From assembly GCA_963815195.1 (NCBI GenBank), contig CAWFGE010000012.1, positions 160,001 to 224,000 of the forward strand: 64,000 bases of DNA, in the 5' to 3' direction. Source of the stretch: an uncultured Planctomycetaceae bacterium (GTDB lineage Bacteria > Planctomycetota > Planctomycetia > Planctomycetales > Planctomycetaceae). This document shows, one piece after another, positions 21,163-30,805 of this stretch. Both the position numbers and the translations under genes were made by a program. Position 1 is the first letter of the stretch; every line of letters starts with the position of its first letter. A model generated the notes under the pieces. The model was not told the origin of the DNA. It saw only the letters and a program-made list of their open reading frames with translations, and ran no database searches.

Positions 21163-22525
21163 GGAACTGCGCAATAATTAGTTGACCAATGATGCTACAT
21201 TGTTTAAGTTTACAGTTGGGGGATATCATACGGATAGAGTGTGGTGCATGGAAGTGCGACGATGGAAGCGACAATCGCAGACAAGTTTCGGAATCTGTCT
21301 TCTCTGATGAACGAAAAACTCAAACGCCGTTGGGCGGGCTGCGAGGCGATGGCATTGGGGCGCGGCGGCATCTCGGCTGTCGCGGAAGCCACCGGCCTCT
21401 CGCGAACGACGATCCGCAAAGGCATCCGAGAAGTCAACGAGAATTACCCGGAGTTGGCTCAAGAGATTCATGGCCGCATTCGAACACCGGGGGCCGGTCG
21501 GCCGCCTGTCGAACAGGCAGACCCCGCGGTAATCACCGATCTTGAGCAACTGGTATCCCCGGCGACCCGAGGTGAACCCACTTCGCCGCTGCTCTGGACA
21601 TCCAAGAGCACTCGTCAGCTCGCAGAAGGACTCCAGAAGATCGGCCACAAAGTAAGTCCCCGAACTGTGTCGCGGTTGCTCCATGAGATGGGATACAGCC
21701 TTCAGGCCAATCGAAAGACCCGAGAAGGAAAGCAACACCCGGATCGGGATGCTCAGTTCCGACACATCAACCAGAAGGTGAAAAGCTTTCAAAGGCGTGG
21801 CCAACCGGTGATCTCCGTTGACGCGAAAAAGCGGGAATTGGTGGGCGATTTCAAGAACACCGGACAAGAGTGGGAGCCAAAAGGAACTCCGCAAGAAGTT
21901 CGCACGCACGATTTCAAAGACAAAGATCTCGGCGTTGCCATTCCCTATGGCGTCTACGACCAGACGCAGAACCAGGGTTGGGTGAATGTTGGGATTGATC
22001 ACAACACAGCAGAATTTGCCGTCGAGTCGATTCGACAGTGGTGGCGGCGGATGGGGCGCCAGACATATCCACAAGGCGCGAACTTCTGATTACTGCTGAC
22101 GCTGGAAGTAGCAATGGCTACCGATGTCGGCTCTGGAAAGTGTGTCTTCAGCAACTCGCTGACGAACTTGGACTTCGGATTATGGTGTGCCACTTTCCCC
22201 CCGGCACAAGCAAGTGGAACAAGATTGAACATCGCATGTTTTGCCACATCACAGAAAACTGGCGAGGAAGGCCGCTGTTAAGTCGGGGGGTGATCGTGAA
22301 TCTCATCGCTAACACAAAGACCAAGGCGGGCCTCACCATTAACGCGGGTCTCGACGCAAACGGCTATGAACTCGGGATCAAAGTATCCCCTGAGGAAATT
22401 GCCGCACTCAATATCCACCCAGATAAGTTTCATGGTGATTGGAACTACACATTACGCCCCACCTACGAGACATAGTATATATACAACATTAGTTCAAATT
22501 GGATAATTTATTTCTGCGCAGTTCC
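21163..22525 (+). mobile_element. ISAzo13-family insertion sequence
   Basis: Terminal inverted repeats GGAACTGCGCA / TGCGCAGTTCC, flanking TAA direct repeat (21160-21162, 22526-22528), transposase inside. Confidence 0.92.
21241..22475 (+). CDS. ISAzo13 (Rhodopirellula-type) DDE transposase (frameshift near 22075)
   Basis: WTSKS, GYSLQANRKT.EG..HPDRDAQF, ISVDAKK.ELVG, PYGVYD; LLITADAGSSNG, PPGTSKWNKIEHR, FHGDWNY. Confidence 0.92.
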
Positions 22526-22538
22526 TAACAGTCTTTCG

Positions 22539-22652
22539 GGTACCACTGGCAACTTGTTGCCAGTGCTTTTCAGCAGTATGGAATCGGGGGACGTTTCAAA
22601 ACTCGATTGGTTCATCCGATTCACACTGGCAGGCAAGCTGCCAGTGGCACCC
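22539..22652. repeat. REP doublet family C
   Basis: CACTGGCAACTTGTTGCCAGTG and CACTGGCAGGCAAGCTGCCAGTGGCACCC; homologous doublet at 38801-38912. Confidence 0.8.
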
Positions 22653-22659
22653 GGCGTGA

Positions 22660-22815
22660 AACGGCGGGGTGGCTGGGGCCAGGGATTGGATTCGTGTGAT
22701 GAGGACGTTTGGGAATGCTGGGGCCGTGCAGTTTGGTTCTGGCATCCTCTTGGCCCCAGCTTTTGAAGACTGGCCTTTCATGAATGCGAACCTGGGCCCC
22801 AGCCACCCCGCCGTT
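22660..22815. repeat. REP doublet family D
   Basis: AACGGCGGGGTGGCTGGGGCC...GGCCCCAGCCACCCCGCCGTT; related to 47939-48080. Confidence 0.7.
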
Positions 22816-23149
22816 CGGTTTTTGGGGCCGAGTGACGGCTTTTCGTCGTCAATCGGCGGTTTGCCGGGGTTCGTTTGCCTTGGAGAAGGTGCCCAGGTCC
22901 GCGGCCCGGAATTCCGGCGGAGGAACACCGTCTCGGTGGGCCGGCCCAAAACGAGGACGTGCCGGTCGGCGTAAGTCCTGATGCTTCAAAGCAGGCGGGG
23001 CATTGGAGAATCCATCGAATTCTAATCTCGATCCGAGACCATCCGTCCGGGAGATGCCCTGCGGGGAGACGGGGATGATAAGTTGAAGAACTTTCTTCGC
23101 CGATTTGGTAGGATGTGCGGTTGGTCCGATCTCAATTGAGGCCACTCGC

Positions 23150-23725
23150 TTGTCCGATGTTACCCGCATCTTGTCGCAAATCGAATCCGGCGATCTCTCT
23201 GCCGCCGATCGCTTGTTGCCTCTGGTGTACGATGAACTGCGGATTCTCGCCGCCCAGCGGATGGCACACGAGAAACCTGGTCGGACATTTTCTGCAACGT
23301 CTCTGGTTCACGAAGCCTATATTCGGTTGGTGGACGGGGATGAATCTCAGAAATGGAACGGGCGGGGTCATTTCTTCGCGTCGGCGGCCGAAGCCATGCG
23401 GCGAATTCTCGTGGAGAACGCGCGGGAGAGGAAATCCGCCAAACGGGGCGGAGATTGGCAACGGATCGAATTGACGGGCCTCGCCGTCGCCGCCGATTCG
23501 CAGCCGGATCGGCTTCTTGACTTGAACGAGGCCCTGGATCGGCTGGAAGCAGAGGACCAGCCGGCGGCAAACATCGTCAAGATGCGGCTGTTCGCCGGAA
23601 TGACTCTCGATGAGTTGGCTTTATCATTGGGGCTCTCGCGAACGGTGGTCCATCGCCAGTGGACTTACGCCCGCGCCTGGCTCAAGCGGGAACTGAGCGA
23701 AGACGCGGTCCAAGACGATTTCTGA
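23150..23725 (+). CDS. Planctomycete-type ECF sigma factor
   Basis: DVTRIL...LLPLVYDELR.LA...ATSLVHEAY.RL...HFFASAAEAMRRILVE.AR..KRGG...W.YARAWL. Confidence 0.92.
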   Translation: MSDVTRILSQIESGDLSAADRLLPLVYDELRILAAQRMAHEKPGRTFSATSLVHEAYIRLVDGDESQKWNGRGHFFASAAEAMRRILVENARERKSAKRGGDWQRIELTGLAVAADSQPDRLLDLNEALDRLEAEDQPAANIVKMRLFAGMTLDELALSLGLSRTVVHRQWTYARAWLKRELSEDAVQDDF

Positions 23726-23809
23726 GGATTTTCTCAAAATCTCGCGAATTCGCGGAAAGTTTGTGGCTGGATTTCGCACTGTCTTCTGGCGATTATCTGG
23801 AGTTCCGCA

Positions 23810-26800
23810 ATGCACGCGACCGATCGACTGGCCAAATCTCTGTTTCTTGATGCCGTCGAAAAAATTCCGCCCGACCAATGGCCGGGGTTTCTCGACTCGC
23901 ACTGCCGTGGCAACGCGGAATTGCGGCGCGAAGTCGAAGGGCTGTTAAGTGCCCACGCCGCTGCCGATTCCCTCCTGGATTGCGCGGTTCCCGAACGCAC
24001 ACAGGAATGGCAACAGCTCATGGAGACGCCCGGCACGCAGATCGGGCTCTACAAACTCCGCGAACAGATCGGTGAAGGCGGCTTTGGGGTGGTGTACGTG
24101 GCCGAGCAGGTTCAGCCCGTGGCCAGAAAAGTCGCGCTCAAGATCATCAAGCCGGGGATGGATACCCGCGAGGTCATCTCCCGCTTTGAATCCGAACGGC
24201 AAGCGCTGGCGCTGATGGATCACCCCCACATTGCCAAGGTGTTGGATGCGGGGACGACCGGCAGTCCCGGCCGCCCCTATTTCGTGATGGAATTGGTCAA
24301 AGGCCTTCCCATCACCGATTTCTGCGACGGAGGGCAGCTCTCGACCCGCGAACGGCTCGAACTTTTCGTGGATGTCTGCCGGGCGGTGCAGCATGCCCAT
24401 CAAAAAGGAATCATTCACCGCGACATCAAACCGTCGAATGTAATGGTTGCTCTCCACGACGACCGGCCGGTCGTGAAGGTGATTGACTTTGGCATCGCGA
24501 AAGTCCTTAGCCGGAAACTGAGCGAAAACACGATCTATACCGCCTACGGTCAGATGATCGGCACGCCCGCCTACATGAGTCCGGAACAAGCCCAGTTGAA
24601 TGCCCTGGATGTGGACACGCGGAGCGACGTTTACTCGCTGGGAGTTCTCTTGTACGAACTTCTGACGGGGACCACGCCGTTTGATATGGAGACGTTTAAA
24701 AATGTCGGCTTTGACGAACTCCGCCGCATGATCCGCGAAGAGGAGCCGCCGCGACCCAGTGCCCGCATCAGCACGTTGAACGCCGCGGTGCTTTCCACGA
24801 TTTCCGGCAAGCGGCAAATGGACCCTCGAAAGCTCAGCCAATCCTTGCGGGGGGAAGTGGACTGGATTGTGATGAAGTCCCTCGAAAAGGACCGCAACCG
24901 GCGATACGAGACCGCGAGCGCATTCGCAGCCGACGTCCAGCGTTATCTGGCCGATGAAGCGGTTCAGGCCTGCCCGCCGTCGGCGATATATCGGTTTAGG
25001 AAGTTCCTACGCCGTCACAAGTTCGCCCTGGGAATGGCATTCGTGATTGGGTTAGCGGTCTTGGTCGCAGTCGCGGCATCGGTCCGGTCCACTCTCCTCA
25101 TTGCCCAAGAGCAACACGTGACGAAAAACGCACTCGAATCCGAGACCCGCGCCAGGAGAATCTCGACGAGACTCGGCAGCGAGAGCGGCGGGACGCGTAC
25201 TTCCATCGGATTTCCTTGGCCCACCGAGAGCTCGCCGATAACAACCTGGGCCGTGCCCTCGAGTTGCTGGAGGAATGCCCCAAAGACCTCAGGCAGTGGG
25301 AGTGGCATTATCTCATGCGGATTTGCCGTGTCGAACCGGTCATCTTGCGGCAGAAAACCGAGGTCAACAGCATTGGCTTCAGCCCAAATGGAGATCGCCT
25401 GGCCTCAGCGGGCGGGGATGGAAACATCAAGATATGGAATCGGCAGACATGGAACGTTCAAACTCTCGAAAACGCGCAGCGCGGGGTTTGTTTCCAGCGT
25501 GGTTTTTCACCCCGACGGAAAACACTTGGCTTCTGTCGGCGCGGATCGGCAGGTCAACGTTTGGGACCTGACAACCGGCGAAAAGGTGTTCGCTCAACCC
25601 TGCGATTGCGTTCATGCTTATGGGACGGCTTATGCCGTAGCGTTCAGCGTCCAGGACCGTCGGCAACTCGCGGTGGGGAATGAAGGCGCGGTGAAGATTT
25701 GGGACTGGAAGAGCGGTCGACTCTTGCAAGATCTGACCGGGCACGACAAGCGTCCCATTAGCGTGGCATTTAGTAAAGAGGGACGCCTGGCGTCCGGCAG
25801 TTGGCAAGGCAGCGTGAAACTTTGGGATGTGAAGTCAAAAGCTGAATTGTTGGGGACCTACGGCGAAAAGGAGGGCTCTCGACATCCCGTGGTTGCACTG
25901 GCATTTAACCGGGATGGCCGACGGTTAGCAACCGCCAGTTACGATCGCCGTGTGGATGTGTGGAACACGAAGACGGGTCAACGATCGCTGACGCTTCCGC
26001 AAGCCGGACTGGTCATGTGCGTCGCCTACAGTCCCGACGGCCGGCGCATCGCCTCTTCCGGCGAAGACCGGACCGTGCGGGTCTGGGACGCGACGACGGG
26101 CCGGGAGATTCTCGGCCTCCGCGGACATGCCGGCAATTGTGGATGTCTGGCATTCAGCCCGGACGGGAGACTCCTCGCTTCTGCGAGCAAGGATGGCACA
26201 ATCCGCATTTGGGACGCGAGTCCGCTCCAAGGTTCCGAAGGCCAGGAAATGAGGACCTTTAGGCAAAGCAGCAACGAAATTTGGACCGTTGCGGTGAGTC
26301 CCGATGGCCGGAACATTGCTTCGGGTGGCTGGAGCATGCCGATCAAAGTCTGGGACATCGAGTCGGGACGAGTGAGTTTCGAATTCAACGGTCAAGGAAA
26401 CATTATCTTCGGTTTGGCTTGGCATCCCAACGGCGTACGGATCGCGTCGGCTGGCAGAAGTGGCGAGATGTTTACGGTCAAAGTCTGGGACGCCCGCACC
26501 GGAAAAGAAGCCTTCTCACTCCCGGCGGGCCCCGAGTACTTCTCTGCGGCGTTTTCTCCCGACGGCAGATCCTTAGTCACGGGAAGCGCCAACCGGTCCA
26601 TTCAGGTCTGGGATGCGGAGACCGGCAAGGCCGTCGCAACGCTGGGGACTCACGACCGGGTCATCCGCGGAGTCGTCTTCAGCCCCGATGGCCTGCACCT
26701 GGCTTCCGTGTGCGATGAGGGGATCGTCAAAATCTGGGACGCGACCCGCTTGGATGCCAAGCAAACACCTCGCCTCAGCGTTCAGGGTTGGATCCACGGC

Positions 26801-27172
26801 CAGTGTTTGAACATTGCCTTCAGCCCGGACGGCGGCCGATTGGCGACAGCCGGCGAGGAAAACACGGTCAAAATCTGGGATGTCGAGACCGGCCAGGAGT
26901 TGCAAACGCTGCGGGGACATACGGGGGATGTTTCCACGCTCGCGTTTAGCCCCGACAACGCGGGACGGTGGATTGCCTCCGCGGGGGAAGACAGCACTGT
27001 CAAAATCTGGAATAGCCGGACCGGTCGGTTGGTGCACAGCTTTCGAGGGCATCTCGGCCTTGTCAGCAGTCTTGCCTTTACACCCGACGGCCGGCGATTG
27101 GTCTCGGGAAGCCGGGATCACACCGTCAAGATTTGGGACGTGACGGGGTTGGATGAAGCGCCCGAACTCTAA
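23810..27172 (+). CDS. Ser/Thr protein kinase with C-terminal WD40 repeats (two compensating frameshifts near 25150 and 25480)
   Basis: GEGGFGVV, VALK, HRDIKPSN, DFG, GTPAYMSPEQ; many AFSPDG/VKIWD repeats; ORF 25216-25683 supplies the missing in-frame segment. Confidence 0.92.
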   Translation: MHATDRLAKSLFLDAVEKIPPDQWPGFLDSHCRGNAELRREVEGLLSAHAAADSLLDCAVPERTQEWQQLMETPGTQIGLYKLREQIGEGGFGVVYVAEQVQPVARKVALKIIKPGMDTREVISRFESERQALALMDHPHIAKVLDAGTTGSPGRPYFVMELVKGLPITDFCDGGQLSTRERLELFVDVCRAVQHAHQKGIIHRDIKPSNVMVALHDDRPVVKVIDFGIAKVLSRKLSENTIYTAYGQMIGTPAYMSPEQAQLNALDVDTRSDVYSLGVLLYELLTGTTPFDMETFKNVGFDELRRMIREEEPPRPSARISTLNAAVLSTISGKRQMDPRKLSQSLRGEVDWIVMKSLEKDRNRRYETASAFAADVQRYLADEAVQACPPSAIYRFRKFLRRHKFALGMAFVIGLAVLVAVAASVRSTLLIAQEQHVTKNALESETRARRISTRLGSESGGTRTSIGFPWPTESSPITTWAVPSSCWRNAPKTSGSGSGIISCGFAVSNRSSCGRKPRSTALASAQMEIAWPQRAGMETSRYGIGRHGTFKLSKTRSAGFVSSVVFHPDGKHLASVGADRQVNVWDLTTGEKVFAQPCDCVHAYGTAYAVAFSVQDRRQLAVGNEGAVKIWDWKSGRLLQDLTGHDKRPISVAFSKEGRLASGSWQGSVKLWDVKSKAELLGTYGEKEGSRHPVVALAFNRDGRRLATASYDRRVDVWNTKTGQRSLTLPQAGLVMCVAYSPDGRRIASSGEDRTVRVWDATTGREILGLRGHAGNCGCLAFSPDGRLLASASKDGTIRIWDASPLQGSEGQEMRTFRQSSNEIWTVAVSPDGRNIASGGWSMPIKVWDIESGRVSFEFNGQGNIIFGLAWHPNGVRIASAGRSGEMFTVKVWDARTGKEAFSLPAGPEYFSAAFSPDGRSLVTGSANRSIQVWDAETGKAVATLGTHDRVIRGVVFSPDGLHLASVCDEGIVKIWDATRLDAKQTPRLSVQGWIHGQCLNIAFSPDGGRLATAGEENTVKIWDVETGQELQTLRGHTGDVSTLAFSPDNAGRWIASAGEDSTVKIWNSRTGRLVHSFRGHLGLVSSLAFTPDGRRLVSGSRDHTVKIWDVTGLDEAPEL

Positions 27173-27245
27173 GGGGAATCTCTCGTGGGACAGCTGTTTG
27201 ATTCGTCCCTAATGCGCAATCTCGTCAAAGAAAGGTCAGCCAGCC

Positions 27246-28231
27246 ATGTTGAAGTTCCAAAAGACGCCCGTGAGGCGAGGCTTCACGCTGATCGAATTGA
27301 TGGCCTCCCTCGCGATCATCAGCCTGTTAATTGGCCTCTTGCTCCCAGCGGTGCAAGCCGCCCGTGAGGCCGCCCGCCGGATGCAATGCGGGAACAACCT
27401 GCGGCAGCTCGGATTGGCCGCCCACCAGCACCACGACACCTTTCAGCATCTGCCGCCGGGCATTGGGTATTATCCCACGGAAAACAACGGCGTGTTTGGC
27501 ACTTATTTTTTCCACCTGCTGCCATTTCTCGATCAGGGCAACCTCTTCAAAAACTCGCTGGGGGATGTCACTTTTCCGTCGCCCGTGGGAGTCAGGACGG
27601 TTCATTATCCCGGGAATCAGTCGGTCTATCGCCAGCCGGTGCCGGTGTTCCTTTGCCCTTCGGATCCGAGCGCCCCCGATGGCGTCGTGATCGTCGATGG
27701 TTATACGTTCGGCGCGTCGAGTTACGCCGTCAACGCCTTCGCCTCGGCAAGAAATCCTCTCACCACGGCTCCCATCGAAATTCCCCAGGGCAAAGTTCGC
27801 ATCCCCGAGGACTTCCCGGACGGCACGTCGAACACCATTCTCCACGTCGAGAAATATGCCCGCTGTTCCAATTCTATCCTGCCTGTCCTCGGCGACGGCG
27901 GCAACGCGTGGGCCTATTGCAATTCTCTCTTGTTTCCTTGGCTGCCTCCGCCCATGAATCCGCCCGGTCGAGCGTATCAAACGGGCTTCGCAATCCCCGC
28001 CCTGGCCTTGCGGGTGCGCCGAATGCGATTGGTCCCGGATCGAAGTTTCAAGTGCAGCCCACGCCGTTTTTGGGCAATTGCGATCCGACGCGGGCCTCAA
28101 CGTCCCATGCGGGCATGTTGGTCGGTCTGGCGGATGGCAGCGTGCGAACACTGAATCCCAACATGACCGGCACCACCTGGTGGGCCGCGGTCACGCCTGC
28201 GGGATCAGAAGTCCTCGGCTCGGATTTTTAG
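27246..28231 (+). CDS. DUF1559 prepilin-type N-terminal cleavage/methylation protein (frameshift near 28010)
   Basis: GFTLIEL...LLLPAVQAAREAARRMQC.NNL, CPSD, DGTSNT; H.G..VGLADGSVR in next frame. Confidence 0.9.
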
Positions 28232-28247
28232 TTGGTCCGAAGAAAAT

Positions 28248-28381
28248 CGGCCGGTGAATCCCAACCGCGAAGAACGGGGGCACCCGCTGGGTCCACCGGC
28301 CTTGTGGCCTCGCCCCGGCGCTCAGTCTGCCGCGCTGGGAACGCGGCATCTCATTTATCGCAGACCACAAGGAGAATTGCC
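28248..28381 (+). promoter_or_regulatory. Conserved structured 5' leader, copy 1
   Basis: Near-identical to 28906-29038; GGCCGGTG/CACCGGCC stem; ends in AAGGAGA RBS. Confidence 0.55.
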
Positions 28382-28891
28382 ATGAAGCGTTTGAGTTTTG
28401 CAGCAGGTTTCGCGTTGGCCGGTCTGATTGTTCTGGGAATGACCGGCTCAATTTCCGCCGGGGAGCAGGTGCCGTTTAAAGGCAGCATGGAAGGCGTGCA
28501 TGTGAGCAGGACACCGAGCGAAACGCCCCTGGTGTTTTTTGACGTGTTCGAACTCACGGGACAGGCGACCGAACTGGGGGAGTTCGAGCTGGTGATCGAG
28601 GCGGAGGTGGACTTTAGAAATCTGCCGCCGACCGGCGAGGGAACCCTCACGTTCACGGCCGCCAACGGCGACACGCTGGTCGCCCACGATACCGGAGCAT
28701 CAAGACTCGTCGAACCTGGCCTCGTCTTGATTACCGAGCACGCGACCATCGACCCCGACCGCTCCACCGGTCGATTCGCGGGCGCCACCGGAACCTTCAC
28801 GGTCGAGCGCCTGGCGGACGCAGCCACTGGCGTGACGGGCGTGACCGTCGGTTCCTTCGAGGGGACCATTTCCTCGCCCGGCGCCAACTAA
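28382..28891 (+). CDS. Secreted beta-barrel protein (dirigent/allene-oxide-cyclase-like), paralog 1
   Basis: Signal peptide; VPFKG, AANGD.L, TGRFAGATG, GTIS. Confidence 0.7.
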   Translation: MKRLSFAAGFALAGLIVLGMTGSISAGEQVPFKGSMEGVHVSRTPSETPLVFFDVFELTGQATELGEFELVIEAEVDFRNLPPTGEGTLTFTAANGDTLVAHDTGASRLVEPGLVLITEHATIDPDRSTGRFAGATGTFTVERLADAATGVTGVTVGSFEGTISSPGAN

Positions 28892-28905
28892 CTTTCTATC
28901 CAAAG

Positions 28906-29038
28906 CGGCCGGTGAACCCCAACCGTGAAGAAGGGGGGCACCCTCTGGGTCCACCGGCCTTGTGGCCTCGCCCCGGCGCTCGGTCTGCGCGCTGGGAACG
29001 CGGCATCTCATTTATCGCAGACCGCAAGGAGAATTGCT
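28906..29038 (+). promoter_or_regulatory. Conserved structured 5' leader, copy 2
   Basis: 7 substitutions and 1 indel versus copy 1. Confidence 0.55.
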
Positions 29039-29524
29039 ATGCAGCGTTTCAGTTTTGCAGCAGGTTTTGTGTTGGCTGGGCTGATCCTTCTGGGAATGAC
29101 CTGCCCCATTTCCGCCGGGGATCAAGTTCCCTTCAATGGAACTTTAGACGGGGACCAGTTTAGGACGCCGCTCGACGATCCCTTTGTGCTGGATCAGTTC
29201 TACATGACGGGAAACTCCACCCAATTGGGAGAGTACGATCTGCTGATCGAAGCGACCGTCAACACCGCCATGAGGACCGCGAGTGGACGCTATTACTTCG
29301 TCGCGGCCAACGGCGATGAGTTGACCGCCGAGTTTGAAGGAAGCTCCATGCCCACCGCAACCCCCGGCGTGATCTTGATTATGGAAATCGCAACCATTGA
29401 CGGCGGCACGGGTCGGTTCGCCGGCGCAACTGGGAGTTTCGTTTGCGAGCGATTGTTCGAAATCGCCAGTGCGACGAGCGTCGGAACCTACACCGGAACC
29501 ATTTCCAACGTTCGAGCAAAATAG
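29039..29524 (+). CDS. Secreted beta-barrel protein (dirigent/AOC-like), paralog 2
   Basis: Signal peptide; VPFNG, AANGDEL, GGTGRFAGATG, GTIS. Confidence 0.7.
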   Translation: MQRFSFAAGFVLAGLILLGMTCPISAGDQVPFNGTLDGDQFRTPLDDPFVLDQFYMTGNSTQLGEYDLLIEATVNTAMRTASGRYYFVAANGDELTAEFEGSSMPTATPGVILIMEIATIDGGTGRFAGATGSFVCERLFEIASATSVGTYTGTISNVRAK

Positions 29525-29640
29525 CGATCCGGCCCACCCATTAAAATCGACTTTTCTGGTGAGACATTGTCCCGGCAAATTGCCGCGGCGCCGGGGCAAT
29601 GGCCTCTCACTTTCTTCTCAACGGCCAAGGCGTCTCTCCC

Positions 29641-30757
29641 ATGATCCCAATCTTGTTCGGAACGGTTTTCCCTTGGTTGTTGATAGCATTCGGCGGTTGG
29701 CTCGGCTATCAACTCGTCCGCCAGAACGGTCGCATTCTGTTGCGGCTGGAAGGGATCGAAAAGCTTCTGGGATCTCGCGGGGGAACTCCGCGGCGGGAGA
29801 ACGCAGGTTTGCCCGTGGGCAGCGTGGCCCCGGATTTTGAACTGCCGGATCTTTCGGGTGCACTGCGCAAGTTGTCCGAATTCCGTGGCCGGGATGTGCT
29901 CTTGATCTTCTTTAATCCGCAGTGCGGGTTCTGCGCGAAAATGGCCGACAACTTGGCGGCCTTGCCGACGGAAGGATCCAAACGGCGGGCCTTGCCCGCC
30001 TTGCCCATTGTCGTGTCCACCGGGGATCTCGACATGAATCGGCAGTTCATTGGAGGATCACGGGATTCGCTGCGTAGTTTTACTCCAGAAAGAAATGGAC
30101 GTTGCCTCACAGTTTCGTGCTCAGGGCACGCCGATGGGCTATCGCATCGATGCTCAAGGACGCATCGCCAGCGAATTGACGATCGGCGCGGAGCCGCTGC
30201 TTCAACTTACGAATCCACCTCATCACCGCGCCACAGGGGGAACAGGCAATGGTTCCCCATCGCACGGAAAACCGGCCGATCCCTCGTTGGCCCGCAGCCG
30301 CCTGAATCGCAATGGCCTCCAGGCCGGCACCGCAGCCCCCGAATTTACGTTGCCGCGGATCGACGATGGAGAACTTTCGCTCTCGGATTTGCGAGGCCAG
30401 CACGTGCTTTTGGTGTTTTCCGATCCCAATTGCGGCCCCTGCGATGAACTCGCCCCGCAATTGGAAACGTTGCAGCAACAGCGGCCGGATTTGCAAATCC
30501 TGATGGTAAGCCGGCGAGATGCCGAGGCCACGCGCGCAAAGGCCGCTTCGCTGGGATTAAGTTTCCCCATTGTCATGCAAAACCAGTGGGAAGTCTCGCT
30601 CAAGTATGCCATGTTCGCCACCCCCATCGGTTATCTGATCGATGAAAAAGGCGTCATCTCGAAAGATGTGGCCGCCGGCGTCGGCCCCATCCTGGCACTT
30701 GCCGCCGAAACTTCCCGCGCACCACAAAGCGATGTCGAGATGTTCTTCGTTTCTTAA
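29641..30757 (+). CDS. Membrane-anchored double redoxin (MauD/TlpA-like) (frameshift near 30050)
   Basis: TM then RQNGRILLRL, GLPVGSVAPDF, CGFC; second domain GLQAGTAAPEF, CGPC, ATPIGYLIDEKG. Confidence 0.8.
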
Positions 30758-30805
30758 ATCGAATCCAAAACTGAGTCACTTTCCTTTCTATGAAAGACCA
30801 CGATC

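Noticed and set aside
22060..22090. Programmed frameshift in the transposase
   Set aside because: No slippery A-run; family normally single ORF; window has many indel errors
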